Shown: positions 53,231 through 64,000 of the stretch, one piece after another
Layout of the letters: every line of letters begins with the position of its first letter
Numbering within the stretch: the stretch's first letter is position 1
Translations under genes and position numbers: made by a program
The notes under the pieces: generated by a model
Databases searched by the model: none
Told to the model about the DNA's origin: nothing
Seen by the model: the letters and a program-made list of their open reading frames with translations, nothing else
Assembly (NCBI RefSeq): GCF_006345805.1
Contig: NC_042998.1
Location: forward strand, 57,040,001 to 57,104,000
Length of the DNA: 64,000 bases
Reading direction: 5' to 3'
DNA from: Octopus sinensis
Lineage: Eukaryota

Positions 53231-55030
53231 CTAAACGGAAACAGAAATACAATTTGCTATATGTAAAACCAGATTATTTTAGAACATTTCAGACTTCATT
53301 TCTACAGACGTTTATTCGAGAGATAAGTTTAATATACTAAACACAATATTAAAAATATTGATTAATATAAGTTCGTATAGTGACTTACTGTTTGGGAGAT
53401 TCGTGTAAATTTAGACATTTATATAGCAATTACAATAAATATACTAAAACTGAAATACTGCTTCTTTATATTTAGAATTTTATATTTTCGGAGATACGAT
53501 AATTATTTTTGAATTCTATTTAGTTTAGCTATTGGCTATGTCCTGTTGCCGCATGCAGATTCGAAGCGTTTGAAAATGTAAAATCTCTCAGAGAGCTATT
53601 TCATAACAGGAAACTTGAAACGTTATGACATTACAAAAAAAAAAAAAAAAAAAAAAAAAACTTTTACCAGTTTTATAGCAAATATCTTGTTACTTCATTT
53701 AATAAAAAATAGAATGCCAGCATGACCTTTATCCAGTTTTGTCTCACTTACCTCACCTTTCCATTCTGGCGTTCCCCCTAACCAGACATTGTATGCGGGT
53801 AGAGATGAATATAGTTAGATGTGAGAAGATCTTGAGATGCTCTGGTATCTAGTCACAACCATCTACTTTTCAAATACTACCATCCACCCCCCTATAATAC
53901 CGAGTAGCCACGCGTCTCCTTCATAGCAAGGCATTTGTGCTTGTGCCCATATACATCTTCGCCACTCAATACCTGGCAAACAACTACATCCCCACTTAAT
54001 ATTACCACCGTCACAGTGGAGGGGACATTCCTTTTCCCCTCTGTCTTACTTTGTGACCTCACTATTGGTGGTGGCAGGAAAATATTCCCTTGTAGATAAA
54101 GTGGTTGGCCTGAGGAAGGGCATCCAACTGCAGAAACCATTCCTAGCAGAGAATGGAACTCGATACAGCCCAGCCCTGAGACTAGATCGATTCTATCAAA
54201 CCGTGCATACGTGTGTAAGGAGTGACGTTTGTCGGCTTTAGACTGTCTGCACCAAGAAATCTTTCAACGCGCGGTCCTGGGAAGGACGTGGGAAAACTTA
54301 GTGAATTGCCCAAGAGAACATGAAGATCGACAAGATTCATCGTTAGGACGCAAAGCGCTCGAATAGACACCGCAATGAATCGTCCGACCGTCTGTAAAAG
54401 GTTTGCTAATCTACCGGCCTAAATTCCTAATTCGTCGATTTCAAAAATATAAAAGGCAAAGTTGACCTCGACACGATTTGAAATTACAGCGCTGAGATTC
54501 GAAACTTAGTACAACATTGCACAAAGTACTCTAGAGTTTGTGTACACACACACATACATACATGCATACAATCCATGTTATTTAAAGTATGAAATTTGAA
54601 ACTAAATTCTAATTCGTATATCAAATAACTCAAAAGCGTTAATTGACACTGGATAAAGATTGTTTTACAATATAATTTGACAACTGGTCGATAAATCAAA
54701 TTCGTTAACATCGCTGTATGTTGATCAGATATTACTATACTTGCGTCCAGAATTCAGAAGACATATACAATGCATTTGGAGAAAGCACATTCGTCCGTAG
54801 ATAATTGTTTTAGTACCAATATCTAGGATTGTAACAAATATTAAACTTTCACTTGCTGTATTTGACTGCGGCCATGCTGGAGCACCGCCCTGAAAAGCTT
54901 AGTCGAGCAAATTGACTAAATATTTTCCCAATATTTAGGACAATGTGGCATTGTTCCTTTGAGTAAATATTTTTTACACATTTTCTATCAAAAATCCAAA
55001 AAACTGTACCGAAGACAAGAATAAGCTTAC

Positions 55031-55255
55031 AGTAAAATATCCTTTTGATTCGATTTCAATTTGTACGAGAGGGTTCCTCAATTGCTTTCTGTAATCAGAT
55101 TTCCATATAATATCTTTGTTTGCATAATACGCATTGAATTTCGTTAACATTATTCCATGTGGAAGAAATCCATGCGCATAGAAATTAAATATCAAACAAC
55201 CAATTCCATTCAAGTACATTAAAGAACTTCGTACTGTATTTGTATTCGATGGGCT
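55031..55255 (-). CDS. Multi-MAM-domain protein, exon (middle of last MAM domain)
   Basis: tttcatttcag| SPSNTNTVRSSLMYLNGIGCLIFNFYAHG...IIWKS...VQIEIESKGYFT |gtaagc; 225 nt, phase 0-0; CLxFxY-like motif. Confidence 0.8.
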
Positions 55256-55455
55256 CTGAAATGAAACCGCAAACGATTTAAATTAATTTTGATTGAATAT
55301 AAAAAGGTTTATCTTTAAATTTGAACTAATATATTAGGTCTGAATGAGAAATGAAACATTCCCATGAAAAATATAAATAGAATAAGAGTTTTTAAAGTGT
55401 ATAAGAAGTAGTGTTCATAGTAAGAAAAGCGATACATTTATAAAAAGAAACCTAC

Positions 55456-55601
55456 TCGTAACCATCCATGGTTGGCGAAATGATTTTTCTCCGAAATAGA
55501 AATTTTCTCATTTCCAAAGGTAACTCCTCGTCTAGCGTCTTTCCAATTACTGTTTTCATTAGGTCGAAACATGCATGGTAAATTGCTGTGATTGCACTTA
55601 C
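55456..55601 (-). CDS. Multi-MAM-domain protein, exon (start of last MAM domain)
   Basis: cctcttatcttgcag| (R)KCNHSNLPCMFRPNENSNWKDARRGVTFGNEKISISEKNHFANHGWLR |gtaggt; 146 nt, phase 1-0. Confidence 0.7.
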
Positions 55602-57301
55602 CTGCAAGATAAGAGGTAAGATCAGATTACGAATCATTTAGCATCATTATGTGGGAACATTTTGTTCTAAAATATCAATCTAAACTAAGTTATTATATTG
55701 TTTTTGATACCCTTGTACTGTAATGTTATTGGTTAAAGTACCCTTCCTAATTGTCTAAAACATGCTTTCAAATTTCATTTTTAAATATTTGCACATTTAG
55801 AAAAATGTGTTAAAAACACACGTTCTAGTATTAAAAATTAGTCAACGGTTTGTGTTTAGGTTCAAACTTCGAGGTTTGTTCCTTTTATAACCGGAGTTTG
55901 AGCATAAAAATGCGTCCAGTTAACATTGGCATCGATTCGATAGATTAAACAAAGGCTCCATGTAGCATCTTAAAATAGTTTGATACTAGTGGAAATATGG
56001 AAAAGATCTAAAAAATTAAAAAATACGTTAGTATATCGTTATATCGAAGCTTTTTCCTTAATACTCGTATGTAACTCAACATTTTGTTGAATAAGTTTGT
56101 TTTACCGGAAACAGACTGTTTACTGTGATAGATACATAGAAAAAATAGCACCAAAAATATCTAACGACATCTTTTTGTATTTAATCATGCAGTGCCCTCC
56201 AACCGAGTGCATTTGACACTTTGGTGTTTACTGAAACGTTTACGGTAAATACTGGTGTTGAGTTATTCAAAGAAATTCAGAATGGGGCCTTTTGACAGAA
56301 AGTATAGCAATATAGCTAAATCGTTTTCGTAAAATGTTTAAGCTAAATAGTATACAGATTAAAAACTCGCATTAAAATGAACATTTCAAAATAAAAGCAG
56401 AAGAAATATCTTCCTGCATTTATCTAAAACAGCTCGGTAATAAACATGGTTCGATACCCAGTCACGAAATCTAGTTGTCATATCAGGAGACCCGATTTTT
56501 CTCTCGTGTGAAATCTAGAACACCACTATTTGCAACTAACTGAAATAATTAGTCAAAAATCAATTAAATTATTTGGATATTCATAACATTAGCTATAAAA
56601 TTTCTATCATATTTGCTATAAAGGCAAGTTAAAATTCATAAAACAAGTCAACCGTCACTGCACGGTAAAGGATACCTCAACTGGAATCATATCTAATAGA
56701 AATAAGCGCGTTACCTTAAACCAGTCCAAGATTTTATATCCGTGAAAGTTAAAGAAATATAGTTTCAGTGCCAATATATTGAGCGCTAAGCTTTCAAGAG
56801 ACTTTATTGGTTGTCAAAACGTAAAATGCTAACTTTTCACAATGCTAAAATGAAGTACAATGGTATTAACATTTGAAAATGATTTACATTCCGTTATTTC
56901 ACACTTGCTTCGATAATGCGTACTTAAAATTATTGTAGTACAGTGAGTGTCGAAAAGAACAGTGAGGAATTCTAAAATCTAGTTTTTATAAACCCTCATA
57001 TGTATTGTGCAACTTTCAAAGACGGTAGGATGCAATTTCGAACTAGTCGATACCCTCTCCTTCCACGAGAATCGTATGAATGATAATTTCAGGTTCTCAG
57101 AATTTTATACCCAAAGGAAAGTCATTACAATTCTTTTTGAAACGATCAATTAGCAATTTTTTATATTGCAATCAGAGCTGTTTGGAAATATATAAAACTA
57201 TAACTTTCAATGTCGATATTAAAACCATTTTCTCTTACAGAAAATAAAACTATATGAATAAACGTTAGTTACTGTAAAACAAATATCAAAATGCCACTTA
57301 C

Positions 57302-57392
57302 GTAAAGATTCTTGACATGGTACAGAGTCAAACCAGACTTCAGACAGATATAGAGGAACTGAATCTCTTTGTGATTTAACTGTTAATAGGAG
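57302..57392 (-). CDS. Multi-MAM-domain protein, exon (end of penultimate MAM domain)
   Basis: tattttcag| LLLTVKSQRDSVPLYLSEVWFDSVPCQESL |gtaagt; 91 nt, phase 0-1. Confidence 0.75.
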
Positions 57393-57667
57393 CTGAAAAT
57401 ATATTACGATGGTAACAGAAATACTTTTTGCGCTCGTGTAGATACGACACACAGCACAGACGTTTTTCATATCGTACAGATTTCCACGTTTAAAATTATA
57501 TTTTACAACTAAAATTTGCGCACTTTCAATTAACGTTGTGAAAAGTCCTCAAATTCAAGAAACAATGTTACATGTTTTAGAGCAAAAAGAGCACATACTT
57601 TTATACTATAAATTTAAACTAATAAGGAAAAATATAGTTTGTTTAAATAGCGAAGTCTTTTACCTAC

Positions 57668-57889
57668 CTGGATTAAAGAGAAATTGACGTCTATATCTTT
57701 TATAAACCAGTCAAAATTCAAATTCTCTTTGGGACCATAGAAGTGCCATACATTGAATTTTTTGTTTTCACTCGGATCAGTAACGTACAGGTTCATGTCC
57801 AACTTTCCAGGCCTTCCTATGCGATATTTTATTGCAAGACAAGACGGTCCCTTATAAGACTGCACTGGTGATCGAACTTCGCTCTTGAT
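57668..57889 (-). CDS. Multi-MAM-domain protein, exon (middle of penultimate MAM domain)
   Basis: ttttccccaaag| IKSEVRSPVQSYKGPSCLAIKYRIGRPGKLDMNLYV...VWHF...DWFIKDIDVNFSLIQ |gtaggt; 222 nt, phase 0-0; SP...CLxxxY...W...W pattern. Confidence 0.85.
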
Positions 57890-58342
57890 CTTTGGGGAAA
57901 ATAAAATAACTCGTGTCTTAAATGTGTTTTTACACGATGTTCAAGATTAAAGCAACATCTGCCTCTAACAAGTAAACCTTAGTATGAAAATCTACAAACG
58001 CACAAATAAGTCCCCGTTGATCAGTATACTTCTAGTGATAAAAAGGTGCGATTGTATGGATCGAAATGTATCATGCAATTATGGAGTCGACCGTCACGAA
58101 AATGCTTTCCAAATGTGTCAATACCTTTGAGTTCAGTTGCATTTTCTTTCTTGCTACCATAACCAAATGGCAGTTGTTACCCAGATTGAATGTTTTGCAT
58201 ACAAATTACCTATATGCAACTTAAAAACCCTAGCACGTAGTAATTCAAAGCACTCTGAAAACATTCTAATAGTAATAGTTTAGCTTCATTCTCAACTACA
58301 AAAACATGTGAAAAAAGGTGTTCCTTAAACAAGCTTACATAC

Positions 58343-58479
58343 CGAGTTTGAAGCTGATATAATGAGACAACCATCAGGACATTGTTTTGTGGAAGATTTG
58401 GTTAAAAAACGCGTTTCTTTTGTAGGATTCCACTCATAATTACAAACGTCTGTCTCAAAATTGCACTTTATTTGAGAAC
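58343..58479 (-). CDS. Multi-MAM-domain protein, exon (start of penultimate MAM domain)
   Basis: ttttctcttctag| (G)SQIKCNFETDVCNYEWNPTKETRFLTKSSTKQCPDGCLIISASNS |gtatgt; 137 nt, phase 1-0; CxFExxxC is the MAM start motif. Confidence 0.85.
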
Positions 58480-61400
58480 CTAGAAGAGAAAACGCTATGA
58501 AAATGAGAGGAGAACGGTTTGATATTTTAAATATGTCACAGCATTTTATACAAATTACTTTATCACAAGCGTTCTCTAAGTTAATGTTAAAGAAACTGAA
58601 GTTATTCTACAGACAGTCTGGGAAGAAATGATTTAACTGGATTTCATAAGAAAATGCTGAAGCAAAATAAAAAAAAACTAGTACTGATTAAATTTATCGC
58701 ACAGAGAAATACAATTTTAGAGCTCTTCTTCGTGTGATTAAATATCAAATCCAATAAAAATTTTTAATTGATATAAGAATTAAAATGGTTCCCTCAAACA
58801 CCACCACCAGAATAAGAAATACACAAAACATCACAAATGACAATGTAACAGCGCTTCTTAGAAGTCATATCTTTCTAGTAAAATCCTTATTCTTGAGATC
58901 AAAATACCCCCTCAGTAGCAGCAGAATAGCAAACTTTAGATAAAAGTGTGTTATTTTGTTGACTGAATCAACACTAAAATATTTTACCTATAATTTAATT
59001 CTTGATAAAATTTAAGTGAAAACCAAATTTTCAACTGACCAACTTTTATATTTTCTAAGTCCAGTTGTAAATGAGGTTTTCAAATCTAAAATTTTAAAAA
59101 AATGTGTGGGCAAATGTCTTTCTTGTACGACCATTATCTAACTACATCCAATTTAGCAAACCCTTTTCAGGAGGAACTTGAATTCTTGCTGCCGTTTATA
59201 GCAGGTCAAGCAAACGCGGAAAGGCTCACTGTGGCCAAATAACATTTTTGTAATATAATGAAATGTTCAAATTACAGAATCCTGTAAGTAATTATATTAC
59301 TGGAAGTCGGGCATCACTATTCCTGTGATGTTCGAAACGAGTCACAGTTAGGTAGTTGTCAGTAAGCATGTATATATAAAGCACAGATTGTAAACGATAA
59401 AAATTTAAGAAAGAAATGAAACCGCATTCTTAACTTCTAATGGATTATTAAAAACATACAAGATAATAGAAAAATTCTTAGGCTGTAAAGATCAGTAAAT
59501 TAAAATTTCAGTGATAAATTTTTTATAGAATTTATAACTAATGAAATTACAAGCTTAGTATATCACTTAAATATTTGATAATCATTAACTTCTAAGACAT
59601 TTAATACAAATGTTATCGACTTACATTCTATTCTAGTTATCTTTAACAGAAATTTAGCTTAAAGACTTAGTTTTGGCTTAATTAACTGACACAAATATAG
59701 ACTACAATAATTGTTATGACTCAAGTAAAAATTTGAATTACTTCCTGAAGGGAAGTTTGCAATTATTGTTGATAAATCATTCAGAGAATGTTGGAATACG
59801 TTGAAAGAATCTATATACTATGTACGTTATTTCTCACTAAAGATCAAGATAAGACTGATCCATGAATTCAAAATGTTGAACTAATATGCAGAAGAAGCAT
59901 TTATTAAATTTATATATAAAAAAATACCGAGCTGGTCACATTTAAAATATGCCCTAATGACTCCAGATTTCAAGAGAGAATCGTTCCTTCGCTTCGTATA
60001 GTTTCCTTGCTAAATGAACCTAGTTTTCGTTCACATTGCTTTACGATAATTCGAACGTTAAAAATGGATAATACTGCAAAAAGCGCCTTTATGGAAACGA
60101 GAAAGGGTGTAACACGGTAATAAAGAAACCGGGACTCAGATGCAGCATAGGTCATTATCTCGGTTATGGCAATCTGCTAGATGAAGAATAAAATCTATTA
60201 GCGGAGAAGTTACTTAACTAACTTAAACTGGTAATAATGAAGCCTTCAAAAATATTATCAATAAGAAATCGACGTATTTCTGTTCTAAACAGCCAGAAGA
60301 CGTTGCTACGTTGTTAGAATATCTGTAAGTTCAAGGATCCATTGAGTTTGCTTAAGCATAATTCTGTCTGGAGAAAATATCGGACTTTGAAAGGAATACA
60401 GCAGTTTTCTATATAATAGCTTGAAGATAATCGGAAGAGGTTTGTGAATAAAATAGAAACATTGACTTATCAGTGCCAGACTTAAATCTTATTTTTCAAG
60501 TTTAATGATCTTTACGCAAATTCTAATTTTAACTTTATATTAAAAAGTCCCCTCCTTCGCTTAGTCTCATAAGAACTGTCGGTTTTAAGCTTCGCTAAAG
60601 AAATGTATTGGTAAAGTAAGTAATTTTTGCATAGTCATTAACATTTTACTAAAACAGTCAGCTATCTTTGCTCTTCTGTGCATATATAGACGAACTATCT
60701 AGTGGAATCCATGTCATTACTTATTAAGTCATTGAATATTTCAGATCCGTCGTGACAGTTACATACGTATCACGAGAAATTAATTCCTCCATTTTTGAAT
60801 TTCAGTTGGAGGAAGTCGCTTAAATAGGAAATGCACATATCGGATGTCGTTAGTAACAGTTGCCGTCAAGTCCAGTTGTTTAATTGCCTTTATTCTTGGA
60901 TGACAGCTTTACCAGTAGGTTTATACAGGAAATTTGGTATAGGAAGAATATAAATCATTATTTGGACAGATTATATCTTGGCCATCGAAACTAAAAGACC
61001 TTGTTCGGTATCAATGAGCTACAAATGTAAATACAGTTACTATACAAAGCTACGTTTTAATTGAGGTCTCTTAGTTAAAACAGATTATTCAGACAGAAAG
61101 GAGCTGCCTTCATAATATCCAAGGTATTGAAGAGATTAACATTGTTTCTGCAGACATTGAATTGGCAAGAAACAAATATTGATTTTATTTGTAGCCTAGG
61201 AATAAGGAAAACATCCAGCAAAATTTGCAAGAGGGGAAAAATCCAATACGTTTCCAACATTTGCTTTGGTAATCAAGTAAATGATCATTTGTTATTACAC
61301 CACGTTTTCGACCATCATGTACATAGATCTAAGTAAACATGACATGTTTAAATCCTATGTTGAATATTTCAGCTTCGATACAGCATTTTAAAGCTACATC

Positions 61401-63477
61401 AATTGATATTGCTCTTCTGTTTTCATTTTCAGATCAATCTATAAAATTACCATGTATATTATGACTATTTTCGACACTACATTTTATGGTCAAAGAATGC
61501 GAGATAAAAAAAATCGATATCTACTGAATATATTTCGATATTTGCGTGGGATTTATTAACGTCAGCAGTTATGTCAATCGTATCCAGATTCAGAGTTCAT
61601 AATTCTTACAGCGTATTGTAGAAAAAGCATGTAGTGAATATGACAGGTTATCAAAAAAACTCCATTAATTATAGCGGTAAACGTCCCTCCAGAGATTTGA
61701 GATACCCGTGCCTGACACCCAACATTACAGATCGCACCCATAGCGCAGTTTCTATTACTTTACATATACCTATTATTTATAGTAAATGTAAAGTATTATT
61801 AGCAAAAGTGACCGACTAAGCAAGGATTATCAAATGTTTCCTTTTTCATGGGGAAAATTTTGTAAAATTTTATATCTGAAAATAAGTTTTGTAGTTTTAT
61901 TCAATCGAACTCAGTTTATTCAAATTTAATGTATTCAAATTAGTTTCAATTGCATAAGCACGAGCTTTACTATTTATCAAGTCGACTACAGTGAATCTAC
62001 AAAATACTTTCGAGATAAGCACACAGACTGAAATTTATTCAAATTTATTCTAGTCATAAATAGAAACCGGTTTAGTCGACTATAGCCGCCGTACTAACAT
62101 GACCTTGTCAGAAAATGTACATCTCGCGGCAAGAGTTGAAGATTTCAAATCTTGTTTCAAACCATTTTAATGGTGGTGTCAAAACTATACGAGTACCGGT
62201 GGCTTGTGTGGACCCTTTTAAAGGAGTGAGACTGATGCTACATTATTCTAGAACCTTTGAAATTCTCCCCCTACCCATGTCTTTCTCGTAAGTATTGACT
62301 TCCAAAGAACCGACGTTCTTGAAAGAAAAACTCGTGTAGTAATTGGAGAAAAAAAAACTTAGGAATTGAGGGGTTTCAAAGTTATAACGAAGGAAAGGGA
62401 GCGGGTAAAGAATATCTTCCTAAAAGTTGACATGAGCCCACCAAGTTCCATAGAACAAACGCTATTACTGCAACAATAGAAAAACAAGACAGCGAGCTGT
62501 GTGTCAGGCTGGAGCATGAGTGAATTTCCTCTTTTGAAGGTGATCTAGAAATCGCACCGTTCCGAATGCGAGAGTAATAATCTCGTGAGCTAACCAGAGA
62601 TATGTAGAGTCGATTGGCGACTGAAGTATTTCCTGGTCGTAAGGAGAAAGAACAATCGTCGAGACGCAGTACTAGAAATGTTAACCCGTTTGTTATTTTT
62701 ATGTTAAACTATACTACCGTTGTTTCAATATATTTTTGAAGTAGTGAATAATTTAGTAAATCTACCGAGAGTTAAACTGGTATTTGGAAAACATTTTTAT
62801 TAGAGTTTTTTCATTTAGATCACTTTATATAAAGTTTATACCGCAGAAGAAAACTGGCTTGGGTGGGTTTGTATTAAAAGAAGTAAAAAGAATAAGATAT
62901 GCTTTCACCAGGAGAGAATCCTTGATGATAGCGAGAACCAAAAATTGGAGTAATTGTCGAGTATTGCTGATAAGATGAGGTGCGATAAAGTTTTAACAGC
63001 TTTCGAATACACTTGGAGGAAAAACGCAAATATGAAACTTTAGAAAAACCCAAAATCTCAATGGTTATGCAAGTGCCATGTAAACTAAAAATATAAATCT
63101 GAAAACTTAAGTTCATAAAATTTGAGTAGACAAAATGTTTTAAACATACTTAGTCTTTCTTTACGCTATACTGAGAACCGAATGCAATAGAATACATATT
63201 AGACTAGTTTTAATAAGGTACACATTTCCAAAAATTTTCATCTATGCATAGATCTAAATAATAGACGTTTATATAAGACTATGTACAGAAAAGATAGCTG
63301 CAGCTACTACTAATACAGACACAACGGCACATTTTTTCATAGCAAAAGCATATCCTATAAACCATGAATGGAACTCATTGATCCTGGAAGGGTTCAATTA
63401 CCAGTTGATGACCGTAGATTTGAACTAAAAAATAAAAATGCTTATTGAATCGCACAAATAAGGTCAAACAAATTTAC

Positions 63478-63592
63478 CTTCAGAGATTGTTATCACTTCT
63501 GTTTCTCCTGGACACATTCCATTCATCAGGGAAATATCATCTAAAGCAATATACCCATCTCTGCCATTTCTAATTATCCCGCGAATAGTCAG
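63478..63592 (-). CDS. Multi-MAM-domain protein, exon (end of an upstream MAM domain); gene continues beyond the window
   Basis: aatttcag| LTIRGIIRNGRDGYIALDDISLMNGMCPGETEVITISE |gtaaat; 115 nt, phase 0-1; GYIALDDISL..G.C is the canonical MAM C-terminus. Confidence 0.88.
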
Positions 63593-64000
63593 CTGAAATT
63601 GTTATAAATATAATTTGTTTATTTTAAAATTAAAAAAGATAATTTTTAAACCGGATAGCCTGCAAATAACTTGTAAAGAAAATGACCTAATCCTTGCTGT
63701 TAAACTACTTCTTGGTCTCATATTCCAGCCTCTGTGAAACATTTACTAGTACACAATTCTGAATTCTTTAAAGTATGCATTTTTATATTGCGCAGATTGA
63801 ACTTCGAGATAACTTAAATGAGTTTTATATAAGAAAATTACTATTTTCATAATATTTTTGCTCAATTGACATTGTATCTATTTTAATAATGTTATCTGTA
63901 TTTCAATCAACACAAAGCGCGATGGGCCACTTTCGTGGTCGTCAGGCTCAGGTCATGATCGTGGCTCAGACGCATTTAATTTATGGGCGTTTGTTGAGGT

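Noticed and set aside
54755-54822. Alternative terminal exon after aatcctag (ILVLKQLSTDECAFSKCIVYVF*)
   Set aside because: Weak pyrimidine tract and no MAM C-terminal motif; 53108-53230 fits better.
55452-55637. ORF-track protein MIRNLILPLILQVSAITAIYHAC...
   Set aside because: Overlaps the real exon in the wrong frame; the phase-1 frame gives the MAM cysteine pattern and fits both neighbouring exons.
59970-61336. Short intronic ORFs at 59970-60155 and 61075-61336 as extra MAM-gene exons
   Set aside because: No MAM or LDLa motifs and no convincing phase-1 splice sites; the flanking exons already join in frame.

Overview
AT-rich eukaryotic genomic DNA. The SINE families and extreme (TA)n/(CA)n/(TACA)n/(AAT)n density suggest a coleoid cephalopod such as Octopus (inference). 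Bases 1-52.7 kb are almost entirely repeats: tRNA-derived SINEs, Tc1/mariner and hAT elements, relics of Tx1/L1, RTE, R4/Dong, CR1-like, Gypsy and Penelope retroelements, and microsatellites. Bases 53.1-63.6 kb hold the last seven visible coding exons (minus strand, 352 aa, all splice phases consistent) of a protein with at least three tandem, divergent MAM domains; its 5' end lies beyond the window. The most unusual signal is a set of type I hammerhead ribozyme motifs (about 7570/7878, 9940, 10760, 33881, 49520, plus decayed copies). Most sit in short non-coding elements embedded in (TA)n tracts, with partial tandem and inverted duplications typical of Penelope-like elements or retrozymes; one belongs to a 5'-truncated Penelope (RT + GIY-YIG) copy in the same window. 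One MAM exon starts with a perfect AG|GTAAGT recursive-splice motif. All calls are by eye; no database search or folding program was run.
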